Under the pieces are notes generated by a model. It saw only the letters and a list, made by a program, of their open reading frames with translations. It was not told the DNA's origin and did no database searches. From Bacteroidales bacterium (GTDB taxonomy: Bacteria; Bacteroidota; Bacteroidia; Bacteroidales; VadinHA17), in NCBI GenBank assembly GCA_009877105.1, contig WXFD01000006.1, forward strand, positions 155,292 to 219,291: DNA of 64,000 bases. The letters are read 5' to 3'. Within the stretch, counting starts at the first letter, position 1; each line of letters begins with the position of its first letter. Of the stretch, positions 38,062-48,524 are shown piece after piece. A program made the position numbers and the translations under genes.

Positions 38062-38299
38062 AAAACAGCTCCTTTCATGGTACATTGTACAAATATAAGC
38101 GTTTAACCGGAAGGCTCCTATTGGATGTTCCTGCAACTTTTCACAGTACCCGCGGCCCACCTCCGCTAAATTCCGTTCCTGCCACACGGATTGTAATAAC
38201 AAAAAGCAACGGGTTCCGTTATACCTCTACATTTCAGCATTCCCGGATGTTGCCGGCAAATTCAGGCAACCTGGGATGATGGGTTACATTATTTCGTTA

Positions 38300-38770
38300 A
38301 TGAAAAGAGGTTTTTTAATCGTCCTGCTGAGTCTGATCCTTGCATCATCCTCGTACAGCCAGGAATATAAAACCAGTATGGGTATAAGGGCAGGCCTTCC
38401 CATTGGACTGACTCTTAAGCATTTTCTGAACAGGGATTATGCATTGGAGGGTATGCTGGCTACCAGATGGGGCGGCATTACACTTGCAGGTTTCCTTGAA
38501 AAGGAACACCGGGTAAAAAATCACCACGGCTTATACTGGTTCTGGGGAGGCGGAATCCATTCAGGGATCTGGGATGCCGGTTACAACCCCAGGCTGAAGG
38601 CCGGTTATACGGGCCCGGTTTTTGGAATTGACGGGATAATAGGACTTGAATACACACTGGACTACCATCCCCTGAATTTCTCATTCGACCTGTATCCCTC
38701 ATTGAATCTTATCGGATCAGCAGGATGGGGAGGAATAAACGGTGCCGTGTCAGTCAGATACGTTTTTTAA
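38300..38770 (+). CDS. small outer-membrane beta-barrel-like protein
   Basis: Signal peptide MKRGFLIVLLSLILASSSYSQ from the internal ATG, Gly/aromatic-rich sequence, and ends ...VSVRYVF. Confidence 0.55.
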   Translation: MKRGFLIVLLSLILASSSYSQEYKTSMGIRAGLPIGLTLKHFLNRDYALEGMLATRWGGITLAGFLEKEHRVKNHHGLYWFWGGGIHSGIWDAGYNPRLKAGYTGPVFGIDGIIGLEYTLDYHPLNFSFDLYPSLNLIGSAGWGGINGAVSVRYVF

Positions 38771-38835
38771 TGAAAAATTTTGTATATCAAAAAAAACATT
38801 GTTTCTTTGCATCCGCATTTAAAAGTTCTTTTAAC

Positions 38836-38907
38836 GGTCCATTCGTCTAGTGGTTAGGACGTCAGGTTTTCATCCTGGTAACAGGGGTTCGATTCCCCTA
38901 TGGACTA
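38836..38907 (+). tRNA. tRNA-Glu (anticodon UUC)
   Basis: Cloverleaf folded by hand. Acceptor GGTCCAT/ATGGACT, anticodon loop TTTTCAT, T-arm GGGGTTCGATTCCCC. No encoded CCA. Confidence 0.9.
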
Positions 38908-38938
38908 CAAAAAACAAAGGGAGACAAATTAGAATATC

Positions 38939-39193
38939 ATGGCTAATCACAGGTCGGCAGAAAAAAGGATAAGACAGACCGAAACGAGAAAGGAGAATAA
39001 CAAGTATTACGGTAGGACCATGCGTAATGCACTCAAGAAGATACGCAGCACTTCAAACAAGGAAGAAGCGGCAGCAATGCTGCCCAGGCTGAATTCCATG
39101 CTTGACAGGCTGGCCAGGAAAAACATGATACACAAAAACAAGGCTTCAAACCTGAAATCATCAGTTGCAAGGCACGTCAATTCCCTGAAATAA
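38939..39193 (+). CDS. rpsT: 30S ribosomal protein S20
   Basis: [24 protein letters not shown]... is a canonical S20 N-terminus. 84 aa. Confidence 0.95.
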   Translation: MANHRSAEKRIRQTETRKENNKYYGRTMRNALKKIRSTSNKEEAAAMLPRLNSMLDRLARKNMIHKNKASNLKSSVARHVNSLK

Positions 39194-39216
39194 GCAGGTC
39201 AAAAACATATCACAAA

Positions 39217-39246
39217 AAGGTGTGGTCATATGATCACACCTTTTTT
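39217..39246 (+). terminator. rho-independent terminator of rpsT
   Basis: aaggtgtggtca/tgatcacacctt stem (one G.U pair) followed by a T-run, about 25 nt after the stop. Confidence 0.7.
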
Positions 39247-39330
39247 GTTTCATCGGGCATGAGAAATTTTTCATGACCGGCTGCATCATCCCGGGATTTT
39301 TATTATTTTCATGAATAAATATTTCGCTGC

Positions 39331-40014
39331 ATGTCACCTAAAATCACCGACTGGGCCGTCGAGGACAGGCCCAGGGAAAAATTTCTCAAAAAAGGCATGT
39401 CCTCCCTGAGTAATGCCGAATTACTTGCGATCCTGATCTGTTCGGGAACAAAAAGGAGTTCTGCCGTTGATCTGGGCAGGGAACTGCTTGGAATGGTTAA
39501 CAATAACCTCAGCTCACTTGGAAAACTGTCAGTTTCCGATCTGAGGAAAATAAGAGGAATCGGGCCGGCAAGGGCGGTTACAATTGCTGCGGCCCTCGAG
39601 CTGGGACGAAGAAGGAACCTGGCTGAACTTCCTGAAGTTTCCGTGATAAAATGCTCGAAAGATGTTGCTGACATCTTTAGGCCGCTGCTTTCCGATCTGT
39701 CATACGAGGAATTCTGGGTGCTCTTCCTGAACCGGTCGAACAAGGTCATCGACAGGATAAAACTGAGCCAGGGGGGTATAAGCGGTACCGTTACCGACAT
39801 CAGGATAATTATGAAAAAGGCTGTGGAAAACCTGGCCTCCGGTATTATCGTCTGCCACAATCATCCTTCAGGCAATCTGGCCCCGAGTGACTCCGATACA
39901 AAAATCACCCGGAAAATCAGGGAGGCCGGAAACCTGATGGACATTCAGCTGCTCGACCATCTGATAATATCAGACCGGGATTATTACAGCTTTGCCGACA
40001 ACGGCCTTATATGA
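39331..40014 (+). CDS. radC: RadC-family JAB-domain protein
   Basis: N-terminal HhH region (ELLAILICSGT...IRGIGPARA) and HNHPSG JAMM-like motif. Confidence 0.9.
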   Translation: MSPKITDWAVEDRPREKFLKKGMSSLSNAELLAILICSGTKRSSAVDLGRELLGMVNNNLSSLGKLSVSDLRKIRGIGPARAVTIAAALELGRRRNLAELPEVSVIKCSKDVADIFRPLLSDLSYEEFWVLFLNRSNKVIDRIKLSQGGISGTVTDIRIIMKKAVENLASGIIVCHNHPSGNLAPSDSDTKITRKIREAGNLMDIQLLDHLIISDRDYYSFADNGLI

Positions 40015-40064
40015 ACCTGAGGGATTTCCTATCTTATTGCTGAAATGATCGAGCCGCCGGTCAT

Positions 40065-40604
40065 TCAGCCTTTCCTTTTACCAGGTAGTTCCAGGCTGAT
40101 TTCTGTCCGGCTTACATTGCCGGTATCCCGACATTGTATCAGCAGTTCGGAAAATGTTTGTTTCAGCACCGGATGGATTCTCCCGGGAATAAGATCGCAT
40201 AAAGGGACGAGAACAAACCTTCTTTCAGGAATTAGTGGATGGGGAACCGTAAGTTTCCTTTGATTTATCACCCGGTTGCCGAAAAGCAGTATATCAACAT
40301 CCATGCTTCGTGAGCTAAAACGCACCTGGCTTCTGACCCGTCCAAGTTTTTTTTCAATTTCCTGCGTTTTTTTCAGGAGGGCTGCCGGTACCAGCCGGGT
40401 AGTAACATTTGCAACCATGTTCAGAAACCGGTTGCTGCTTTCAAACCCCCAGGGATCAGTTTCATAGACACCGGATAACGCCGTTATATCACCTACTTCT
40501 TCGTTAATCAGAGTAAGTGCCATTTTCAGGTTTTCAACCCTGTCGCCTTCATTGGTACCAAGGCCCAGGAAAATGCCTGTAACTATTTTATCTTCGCGTT
40601 CCAA
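40065..40604 (-). CDS. folK: 2-amino-4-hydroxy-6-hydroxymethyldihydropteridine pyrophosphokinase
   Basis: GLGTNEGDR...YETDPWG...DVDILLF...LTVPHPLIPERRFVLVPL are HPPK motifs. Apparent TTG start, with no in-frame ATG nearby. Confidence 0.85.
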   Translation of the reverse strand: MEREDKIVTGIFLGLGTNEGDRVENLKMALTLINEEVGDITALSGVYETDPWGFESSNRFLNMVANVTTRLVPAALLKKTQEIEKKLGRVRSQVRFSSRSMDVDILLFGNRVINQRKLTVPHPLIPERRFVLVPLCDLIPGRIHPVLKQTFSELLIQCRDTGNVSRTEISLELPGKRKG

Positions 40605-40645
40605 ATAATGAACCAGGTTTCTTCTGAACTTATTCTAATCATCTG

Positions 40646-40672
40646 ATCTGCAGGAACTTCCTGCAGATTTTT
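40646..40672. other. perfect 23-nt palindrome followed by T5
   Basis: atctgcaggaa-c-ttcctgcagat (11-bp arms), then tttt. It sits in the divergent folK/sppA intergenic region, 42 nt upstream of the folK start. Confidence 0.6.
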
Positions 40673-40898
40673 AAGCCAGGGATCAGAGTCCGTGAATTAA
40701 TCAGGCCACTATTCCTGAAATAAGTGCAATTTACAAAATGAATCGGAAGGTTTCGAAAAAGCCGTGGTTTCAGGGGACTCATTTCACATTCCCGATTTCG
40801 TATCGGTGAGCATATTAATATAAATCTGTGAACCGTAACAGAACAAATACAATGTTTTTAATATCTTTGACATTCATTTCCTTAACTTTTAACAACAT

Positions 40899-42668
40899 AT
40901 GAAAGAGTTTCTGAAATATACACTGGCTGCAATCACAGGGATATTCGTTGCATCCATTCTGTTGTTCATAATCATGCTCTCGGCCATCAGTGTCATGATA
41001 GCCACAGGAAATAAACAGGCATCCATATCAGCCAATTCGGTACTTGTTCTGAAAGCCGGGGTCAGCATTCCCGACAGGGGAGACTCAGGTCCCTTTGCCG
41101 GGTTTGACATAATCAATATGACCCTAACCCCGACCGCGGGCCTGAACGAAATCCTCCGAAACATCAAAAAAGCTGCATCCGACGAAAAAATAAAAGGTAT
41201 TCTGATCGAGAACGGTATCTCATCTTCCGGCTGGGCAACTGTCGGAGAGATAAGGCAGGCTCTTGAGGAATTCAGGAAAAGCGGGAAGTTTGTAATTGCC
41301 TATTCGGATTATGTGCTCCTGCAGGAAGGTTATTATCTTTCCACGGCAGCCGACAGGATATTCATAAATCCCTCATCAACTTTAGAATTCAAGGGGCTTA
41401 GCGGAGAGGTTATGTTTTACAAAAAAGCCCTGGAAAAGCTGGGCGTGGATGTTCAGGTTACCCGGCACGGGAAATTCAAAGGTGCAGTTGAGCCCTTCAT
41501 CCTTAATGAGCTGAGCAGGGAAAATGAAGAACAGATAAGGGCTTTCATCGGATCCATCTGGAAACACGTTGTCGGGGAAATATCGAAGTCAAGGGGTATT
41601 GATCCCGTGAAGATCAACGAGCTAGCCGATAATCTGACCGGGAATCTGCCTGCAACAGCCCTGGAGAACGGGCTGGTTGACGGACTTATTTACAGGGATG
41701 CCCTGATCGATACCCTGAAAATCCGTTCGGGTCTTACCACCGATGACAAAATAATGCTTGTCCCCATGACCAGATACACCAAGGTACCTGACCCCCGGAA
41801 AATGGTGTCTGCAAAAAACAAGATCTCGGTCATTTATGCTTCCGGCACAATTGCTATGGGAAAAGGCAGCCAGAACAACATCGGGGGTGATACATATGGT
41901 GATCTGATCAGGAAAGAAAGAAAGGATTCGACTGTTAAAGCGATAGTTCTAAGAGTCAACTCACCGGGAGGTAATGCAATTGCCTCCGACATTATCTGGA
42001 AAGAGCTTGAACTTGCTGCTAAAGTCAAGCCCGTGATAATCTCAATGGGAAATTATGCAGCATCGGGGGGGTATTACATTTCAGCCCCCGGCACCAGGAT
42101 CTTTGCCAATCCGGCAACAATTACCGGATCAATCGGGGTTTTCGGACTTCTGCCAAATGCAGGAAAATTTCTTGATCAGAAGCTTGGAATCTCTACCGAA
42201 ACGGTCAATACAAACAAGAACTCAGATTTCCCGTCAGTTTACCGGCCCATGACTTCTTATGAGAAGGAAGTTATGCAGGCTGGTGTCGACAAGATCTATT
42301 TTGATTTTATCAGTAAGGTTTCATCTGGCAGGAATATGAGTACCGAGGCTGTGGACAATATCGGACAGGGTCGTGTATGGAGCGGAGCCGATGCAATGGG
42401 GATAGGACTTGTCGATGCTGCGGCCGGCCTCACCGCATCAATCGATAGTGCCGCCGCACTGGCGGGTATAGAAAAATACTCCCTGAAAGAACTCCCCGTG
42501 CAGGAGGAACCTTATGCCAGACTGATATCCCAACTCAGCGGTGACTCAAAAATCCGGATTCTTAAAAGCAAGTTCGGGGAATCTTTCAGATTTGTTGAGG
42601 AGCTCATGACAATCAAAGAACTGTCGGGAATACAGGCAAGAATGCCATACTTTATTGATATCCACTAA
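40899..42668 (+). CDS. sppA: signal peptide peptidase SppA, 67K type
   Basis: 589 aa, N-terminal TM helix, duplicated ClpP/crotonase-like halves, and the GNYAASGGYY serine motif. Confidence 0.9.
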   Translation: MKEFLKYTLAAITGIFVASILLFIIMLSAISVMIATGNKQASISANSVLVLKAGVSIPDRGDSGPFAGFDIINMTLTPTAGLNEILRNIKKAASDEKIKGILIENGISSSGWATVGEIRQALEEFRKSGKFVIAYSDYVLLQEGYYLSTAADRIFINPSSTLEFKGLSGEVMFYKKALEKLGVDVQVTRHGKFKGAVEPFILNELSRENEEQIRAFIGSIWKHVVGEISKSRGIDPVKINELADNLTGNLPATALENGLVDGLIYRDALIDTLKIRSGLTTDDKIMLVPMTRYTKVPDPRKMVSAKNKISVIYASGTIAMGKGSQNNIGGDTYGDLIRKERKDSTVKAIVLRVNSPGGNAIASDIIWKELELAAKVKPVIISMGNYAASGGYYISAPGTRIFANPATITGSIGVFGLLPNAGKFLDQKLGISTETVNTNKNSDFPSVYRPMTSYEKEVMQAGVDKIYFDFISKVSSGRNMSTEAVDNIGQGRVWSGADAMGIGLVDAAAGLTASIDSAAALAGIEKYSLKELPVQEEPYARLISQLSGDSKIRILKSKFGESFRFVEELMTIKELSGIQARMPYFIDIH

Positions 42669-42671
42669 GGC

Positions 42672-43766
42672 ATGGGCAAGAAACGAAGCTTTCTGTTATA
42701 TCCTCCCGCACTTGTTTACGGTCTTGTTACAGCATTTAGAAATTACCTGTATGACTCAGGTTTTCTGACTTCAAGGGAATTCAGTATTCCGGTTATCTGT
42801 ACAGGCAATATCACTGTAGGCGGAACGGGAAAAACACCTCATGTTGAATATCTCATTGAACTGCTCGGAAAAGAATACCGGCTGGCTGTATTGAGCAGGG
42901 GTTACAAAAGAAAATCAACCGGCTTCAGGATCGTCTCACCCGGTTCCAATGCAAGTGAGTCAGGTGATGAACCGCTTCAGATCTCCCGTAAATTTCCCGG
43001 AATAATTGTTGCCGTTGACGGCGACCGCGTAAATGGCATCAGCAATCTTGTCCGGAAATATCCCGGCCTTGACCTGATAATCATGGATGACGGTTTTCAG
43101 CACAGGAGAATGAAACCCGGATTTTCAATACTTCTTTCAGATTACGGCCGACCCATGTATGAAGATCAGATGCTTCCCTATGGAAATCTCAGGGAAAGCA
43201 TTAAAAACATCCGCCGTTCCGATATAGTTGTAATTACCAAATCTCCCAAGGATATAAGCCGTGAGGAAACGCAAAAAATAACACGCCGGCTGAATGAAGT
43301 GCATAAGAAAAAGGTATATTTTACTTCACTTTCATATAATCATCCCGTAAAGCTGTTTGGGAGCATACCGGAAAAAAATAGTTTCGCCGGTGAAACCGGT
43401 CCGGAGAAAGCAGGAGCAGTAATAATCACCGGAATAGCATCCCCGGAATCATTTATCAGATTTGCGGAAAATATGTTCCCTGAGACCATACATCTGGATT
43501 TTCCTGATCATCATATTTACACATGGAAGGACATCAGGAAAATTGACAGGGCCCGAAACAGCCTTAAATCGCACCGCAGGCTGGTTATCACCACCGAAAA
43601 GGACAGTGTGAGGTTAAGAGAACTCCCGGATATTCCGGATCACATCAGGGAATCGCTTTATTACATCCCGGTCAGGGTATGCTTTCCGGCCGGCGGGAAA
43701 GACGAATTTGACAAAATAATACTTGACTATGCTGGAGAAAATAAACGAGACCACGGAATTTCTTAA
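42672..43766 (+). CDS. lpxK: tetraacyldisaccharide 4'-kinase
   Basis: GNITVGGTGKTP P-loop and DDGFQH motif. Confidence 0.9.
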   Translation: MGKKRSFLLYPPALVYGLVTAFRNYLYDSGFLTSREFSIPVICTGNITVGGTGKTPHVEYLIELLGKEYRLAVLSRGYKRKSTGFRIVSPGSNASESGDEPLQISRKFPGIIVAVDGDRVNGISNLVRKYPGLDLIIMDDGFQHRRMKPGFSILLSDYGRPMYEDQMLPYGNLRESIKNIRRSDIVVITKSPKDISREETQKITRRLNEVHKKKVYFTSLSYNHPVKLFGSIPEKNSFAGETGPEKAGAVIITGIASPESFIRFAENMFPETIHLDFPDHHIYTWKDIRKIDRARNSLKSHRRLVITTEKDSVRLRELPDIPDHIRESLYYIPVRVCFPAGGKDEFDKIILDYAGENKRDHGIS

Positions 43767-44538
43767 ATCGGCAGGGTTCAACGGACCCCAGGCGGGTATA
43801 GTATTGGGAACGGGGCTGGGAGGCCTGGCTGCAAAGATTGATAACCCTCTGGAAGTCGATTACAGTGAAATCCCGAATTTCCCTGTTTCAACTGTTGAAG
43901 GGCACGAAGGCAAACTTATTTACGGTGATTTCGGCGGGAAAAAAGTTGTGGCCATGAAGGGAAGGTTCCATTATTACGAGGGATACGGGCCGGAAGATGT
44001 TGTCCTTCCCATAAGGGTCCTGAAATATCTCGGAATACGGCATCTTTTTCTGTCCAATGCCGCAGGCGGCGTGAATCCGTTGTTTCAGATCGGCGATATA
44101 ATGATAATCACCGATCACATCAACCTGATGCCGAATCCGCTCACAGGAAAGAATGATGACAGGATAGGGCCCAGATTTCCCGACATGAGCGAGGCATATG
44201 ACAGGGGGCTAATTGAAAAGGCACTCCTTATAGCCGGGAAAAATGGGATCAGGATCCGGACGGGTATCTACCTTGCAACTACAGGACCTACCTTCGAGAC
44301 CCCAGCTGAATATAAATACTTCCGCATAATAGGGGCAGATTCAGTAGGGATGTCGACCGTGCCCGAAGTAATTGTTGCAAGGCATATGGGGCTCCCCTGC
44401 TTTGCAGTCAGCATCATTACAGATCTCGGAGTTGAGGGAAAGATAGAATACATCACCCATGAAATGGTTCAGAGGGAAGCAGAAAAGGCCGAAGCCGGGA
44501 TGACCAGGATCATGACCGAGCTGATTGCAGTAACCTGA
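43729..44538 (+). CDS. purine nucleoside phosphorylase (trimeric PNP family)
   Basis: GRFHYYEGY, SNAAGG, GPRFPDMS, GPTFETPAE and VGMSTVPE motifs. ATG at 43729 (the tracked ORF begins at a TTG at 43723). Overlaps the lpxK 3' end by 38 nt. Confidence 0.9.
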   Translation: MLEKINETTEFLKSAGFNGPQAGIVLGTGLGGLAAKIDNPLEVDYSEIPNFPVSTVEGHEGKLIYGDFGGKKVVAMKGRFHYYEGYGPEDVVLPIRVLKYLGIRHLFLSNAAGGVNPLFQIGDIMIITDHINLMPNPLTGKNDDRIGPRFPDMSEAYDRGLIEKALLIAGKNGIRIRTGIYLATTGPTFETPAEYKYFRIIGADSVGMSTVPEVIVARHMGLPCFAVSIITDLGVEGKIEYITHEMVQREAEKAEAGMTRIMTELIAVT

Positions 44539-44790
44539 CCTCTTTCACCTGGTTCCACTCCGATAACCTGATTCCCTGCACATATGGCCGGTCTGACTTC
44601 CCAATTAACCCCATAAAGATTTGTGGAAGCCAAGGGGAACTATCGTCCTGTCTGCTATTCCCATTTGACTTCCCTTTTCCTTACCTCGCAGGTTCTTCAG
44701 AAGTTTAAAATTACAATGCAGCATTTGCAGGCAATACATGGGAGCCGGGCAGAAACAGGTCCCGGACCGATCCCACAGGAAGGCAGGCCA

Positions 44791-47409
44791 TCACCTGATG
44801 ACAGTACAGACTTTTTTCCATTTTTTCACCTTACCCGCATCGTTAAAAACGGTAACCAGCAGGATATAAACTCCCGGGCTGACCAGCTTTTCATTATCCA
44901 CGGTACAATCCCACATTATTGTTGCCTCTGTTCCAGCAAGCAGATTATCAGCCAGTTTTCTGACAAATCCGCCGTATTCATCAAAAACAGCGACAGAAAC
45001 AATATTCCCGTTACCCCTGAATTTCATACCGATTTCAAGCCAGTCCTGATTACCGTCGTTGTCGGGTGTTATTCTTGTTGTTGACAGTGTTACCTGATCA
45101 TCGTTAAACATATGCTCAGGTACAGCTGAATTGGGAGCTCCAGGTGTTCCCCACCCGGAAGTTTCTGAAGCTGAGTGCCAGAGGGTCCGGTCTGATGACA
45201 GTCCGGATAAACGTGTTCTCTCAAGTGCAACGCCTTCGGTGGTTCCGAGCAGGGAGAAGTGCATAGCGTCATCATAGAAAACCTCATCGATCACGTCAAG
45301 CTGCCTGTTGAGCAAGATAAGATGACCTCCCTTATCGGGCATTGAAGGCATTGAGGATACTTCAAAGATCCTTTCCGGTTCGGAGGAAATGAATCCTTCG
45401 CATACAGTTCTTCTGCCGGATGTTATGGCATAATATTCTCCGGGAAGCAGGCATCTGTGCTCCTGTGAAAGATAATACAGACCCGACGTATCGGATGTTC
45501 CCGTACTCACCGAAACAACTCCAAGCCTCGAGACATCTATTATTTTATCTGAACAGTTATAAAACTCAATATAATCTGCTCCTCCCGGCAAAGGATTGAA
45601 AAGAAGTTCACTGAAAATAACATCACCTGTTGCCGCCTGCATGGGGAGCCCGAACATGAAGGAATTGACCTGCATGGTGTTGCCTGCATAATCCCTGATC
45701 CTGTCATCGGCTTCAAGGGAATATATCTGTTTCCTTTTAAGGGGTTCCGCCGGAACAACCAAAAATCTTCTGAGAAGTTTGTCTGAAGAAGTAAGATCCT
45801 GAATACCGGATCCGTTCATTCCGATGCTTATCATCTCAGCCGAAAGCTCCGGAACAGTTTCTGAGAATGAGAGGCTTATCTTCATGCTGTCTTCAGGGAA
45901 AACATTGGTCACACCAATAAAACTGACGTCAGGATTGCAGCCTGCAACTGAGTTTTCCCTGCCCGGTGTACCCCCCGTCCTTGAAACCGAAGCCCTCCAG
46001 TTGTCCCCGGATGAGAAGGGATAACTCATGTCAATGATCTCGAGCGACCAGCCTCCTTCAGATTTCAAAATATCCCTGTACCAGTCTGATGAATATTCGA
46101 TACCATCTGTCAGATCGCCGGAACTGCTGGTTAGTGCAATTATTTTTCCGGCATCGGTAAGTGCGGGAAAGTTTTTCATTCCTGCCACCCGGCCATAAGC
46201 CCTGAACAGGGAAGTGTCCTGCATCTGACATAATATCATATATTCATGTGGTCCTATAACGACCGGCGGAAAAGGGTAATTCTGCGTCTCCGTTGCAAGA
46301 TTCCAGTTCTTCAGGCTGATGCTCCCGGATGTCCTGTTGTAAATCTCGAGGTACTCCCTTGCCGGGAGTGAAACGGCAGGAGCAGGATCGGCCATTATTT
46401 CAGAAAAGATTATATCGCCGGTACCCGGTGGCTGATAACTGAACTGTACATTGACGTTTTCGGTGCAATTTTCCCGCTTGTCACATAAAGAACCTATGAT
46501 CAGGTTGCAGGTTTCCCCTCTCGTAAAATAATATTCAAACTCCAGCAATACCGATCTTGATGTTAATTTATTAACACTCACCACCTGGTTGTCAGAATTG
46601 CCGATGCGGAAATTGCCATTTTGCAGCACTGATTCGCCTGGTTCTTCACTGAACGACAAAACGAGTGAGTTCTTCCCGGCAATTTCACATTTCTCAAGGG
46701 CAGGAGGAGATATATCATTATGAAAAACTCCCTCAATCAGGATATCGTCGATCCATAACAGCCGGTCGCGGGCAGAGGTGTACCTATAGCATATCACAAA
46801 CCAGTCGCCGGTCAGTGATCCCAGGTTAGATTCTGAACAGGAATCTGCCATGCTGCCATTCTGGCGGAATATTTTCATTTCCCAGCGGCCAGCCGGTGAA
46901 CGTTCAACATCTATGGTGGCATACCCCGATGTTCCTATGTCGGACTGCCAGTTGACATTGCTTATTATCACCGGAATAAATGCGCCTTCAGTTACTCTCC
47001 AGAGTTGAAGCAGATCGTCATTTCCTGTCTGATTCACCCCTATTGCGTATCCATTTTCTTTGCGGTCAGAAAGAACACTGCCGGGATCTGAATCGGAGAC
47101 CAGGAAAACCGTCCAGTTATTCAAAGATGATGGTTCAGTTCCATGGCGGACCTTTATACTCCATTTTACCGGTCCTTCCCCGGGGTACAGGTCATTTAAG
47201 CGTAACCCGGCGCAATCAAGACCTGAGCCGGGGTTATCAAAACAATGATGAAGCGAGCGGGTACCTGAGATTGCATCAATGTTATCACAGTTCCAGCGAC
47301 CTTCAGGTATCTGAATCCAGCGGGAAATATCATCGGATTCAAAAAATTCCATAATCTGGCCGGATGCCATAACGGGCAACAGCAAAGCCAGCAAAAAAAC
47401 TTTCTTCAT
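44791..47409 (-). CDS. large secreted protein with two lamin-tail-domain-like (LTD) modules and a T9SS-type/FlgD-Ig-like C-terminal domain
   Basis: Signal peptide MKKVFLLALLLPVMASGQ. IFSEIMADP...EYLEIYN and IFSELLFNP...DYIEFYN are LTD signatures. The beta-rich C-terminus is ...GVYILLVTVFNDAGKVKKWKKVCTVIR. Confidence 0.7.
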   Translation of the reverse strand: MKKVFLLALLLPVMASGQIMEFFESDDISRWIQIPEGRWNCDNIDAISGTRSLHHCFDNPGSGLDCAGLRLNDLYPGEGPVKWSIKVRHGTEPSSLNNWTVFLVSDSDPGSVLSDRKENGYAIGVNQTGNDDLLQLWRVTEGAFIPVIISNVNWQSDIGTSGYATIDVERSPAGRWEMKIFRQNGSMADSCSESNLGSLTGDWFVICYRYTSARDRLLWIDDILIEGVFHNDISPPALEKCEIAGKNSLVLSFSEEPGESVLQNGNFRIGNSDNQVVSVNKLTSRSVLLEFEYYFTRGETCNLIIGSLCDKRENCTENVNVQFSYQPPGTGDIIFSEIMADPAPAVSLPAREYLEIYNRTSGSISLKNWNLATETQNYPFPPVVIGPHEYMILCQMQDTSLFRAYGRVAGMKNFPALTDAGKIIALTSSSGDLTDGIEYSSDWYRDILKSEGGWSLEIIDMSYPFSSGDNWRASVSRTGGTPGRENSVAGCNPDVSFIGVTNVFPEDSMKISLSFSETVPELSAEMISIGMNGSGIQDLTSSDKLLRRFLVVPAEPLKRKQIYSLEADDRIRDYAGNTMQVNSFMFGLPMQAATGDVIFSELLFNPLPGGADYIEFYNCSDKIIDVSRLGVVSVSTGTSDTSGLYYLSQEHRCLLPGEYYAITSGRRTVCEGFISSEPERIFEVSSMPSMPDKGGHLILLNRQLDVIDEVFYDDAMHFSLLGTTEGVALERTRLSGLSSDRTLWHSASETSGWGTPGAPNSAVPEHMFNDDQVTLSTTRITPDNDGNQDWLEIGMKFRGNGNIVSVAVFDEYGGFVRKLADNLLAGTEATIMWDCTVDNEKLVSPGVYILLVTVFNDAGKVKKWKKVCTVIR

Positions 47410-47500
47410 GCAGCGGGACAAATTGAAAAAAAGATTACTTTTGACAGCTTTTTCTTAACAGTAAATATAAAAAATTGATTTGTCGTTAACAAATAAAAAA

Positions 47501-48490
47501 ATGAAAGTAGCCGTAGTAGGAGCCACAGGGTTGGTAGGAAAAACAATGATTCAGGTTCTTGAGGAAAGAAATTTTCCCGTATCTCAGCTTATTCCTGCAG
47601 CATCGGAAAAATCAGTAGGTAAGGAAATACAATTCAGGGGAGAAACCGTAAAGGTAGTAAGTGTTTCCGACGCAGTAAAGGCGAAACCTGTCTTTGCCAT
47701 ATTTTCCGCCGGCGCTTCGACATCGAAGGAATGGGCTCCGGTATTTGCCGACAACGGAATTGTTGTTATAGACAATTCCTCCGCATGGCGGATGGACAAT
47801 AAAGTTCCGCTGATTGTTCCCGAAGTAAACGGACATGCGATAAAAAAAGGCGACCGGATCATTGCAAATCCAAACTGTTCAACGATTCAGCTGGTAATGG
47901 CACTGGCGCCCCTCCACAGGAAATATAAGGTAAAAAGGCTTGTTATTGCAACATATCAGTCAGTTACCGGTACGGGAGTGAAGGCTGTGCAGCAGATGGA
48001 AAACGAGCGCCGGGGAATAAAGGGTGAGATGGCCTATGCCCATCAGATAGACCTGAACTGTTTTCCTCACGGCGGGTCCTTCCAGAGTGACGGATACACC
48101 ACGGAAGAGCAGAAATTGCTTGATGAAACACGCAAGATACTTGAAGATCAGTCGATAATGGTTACAGCCACCGTTGTCAGGATCCCCGTAGTTGGAGGAC
48201 ACTCCGAAGCTGTCAACATTGAATTTGAGAACGAGTATGACATTGAAGACGTCAAAACACTGCTGGGCCAGTTTCCCGGAGTGGTAATATATGATGATCC
48301 TTCCCAGGCAAAGTATCCGATGCCGATATTATCACACAACAGGGATGAGGTGTTTGTCGGAAGGATAAGAAGGGACCATTCAAAAGAAAAATGCCTCAAC
48401 CTTTGGATCGTTTCTGACAATATCCGCAAGGGGGCAGCAACCAATGCACTTCAGATCGCAGAATACATGATTGAGAAAAAGCTCTATTGA
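47501..48490 (+). CDS. asd: aspartate-semialdehyde dehydrogenase
   Basis: MKVAVVGATGLVG and NPNCSTIQL (active-site Cys). About 330 aa. Confidence 0.95.
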   Translation: MKVAVVGATGLVGKTMIQVLEERNFPVSQLIPAASEKSVGKEIQFRGETVKVVSVSDAVKAKPVFAIFSAGASTSKEWAPVFADNGIVVIDNSSAWRMDNKVPLIVPEVNGHAIKKGDRIIANPNCSTIQLVMALAPLHRKYKVKRLVIATYQSVTGTGVKAVQQMENERRGIKGEMAYAHQIDLNCFPHGGSFQSDGYTTEEQKLLDETRKILEDQSIMVTATVVRIPVVGGHSEAVNIEFENEYDIEDVKTLLGQFPGVVIYDDPSQAKYPMPILSHNRDEVFVGRIRRDHSKEKCLNLWIVSDNIRKGAATNALQIAEYMIEKKLY

Positions 48491-48524
48491 AAAGATTTCC
48501 ATTTGCACGGAAAGAACTTGAAGT

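Noticed and set aside
39309-39860. Long antisense or overlapping ORFs in the track: 332..730, 6985..7458, 15363..15842, 23346..23807, 29784..30413, 33401..33937, 37396..38022, 39309..39860, 44623..45084, 62205..62579 and many shorter ones.
   Set aside because: Each lies opposite to or out of frame with a CDS that has clear family motifs. Their translations are low-complexity or Arg/Ser/Pro-rich, as expected for shadow ORFs, and carry no motifs of their own.
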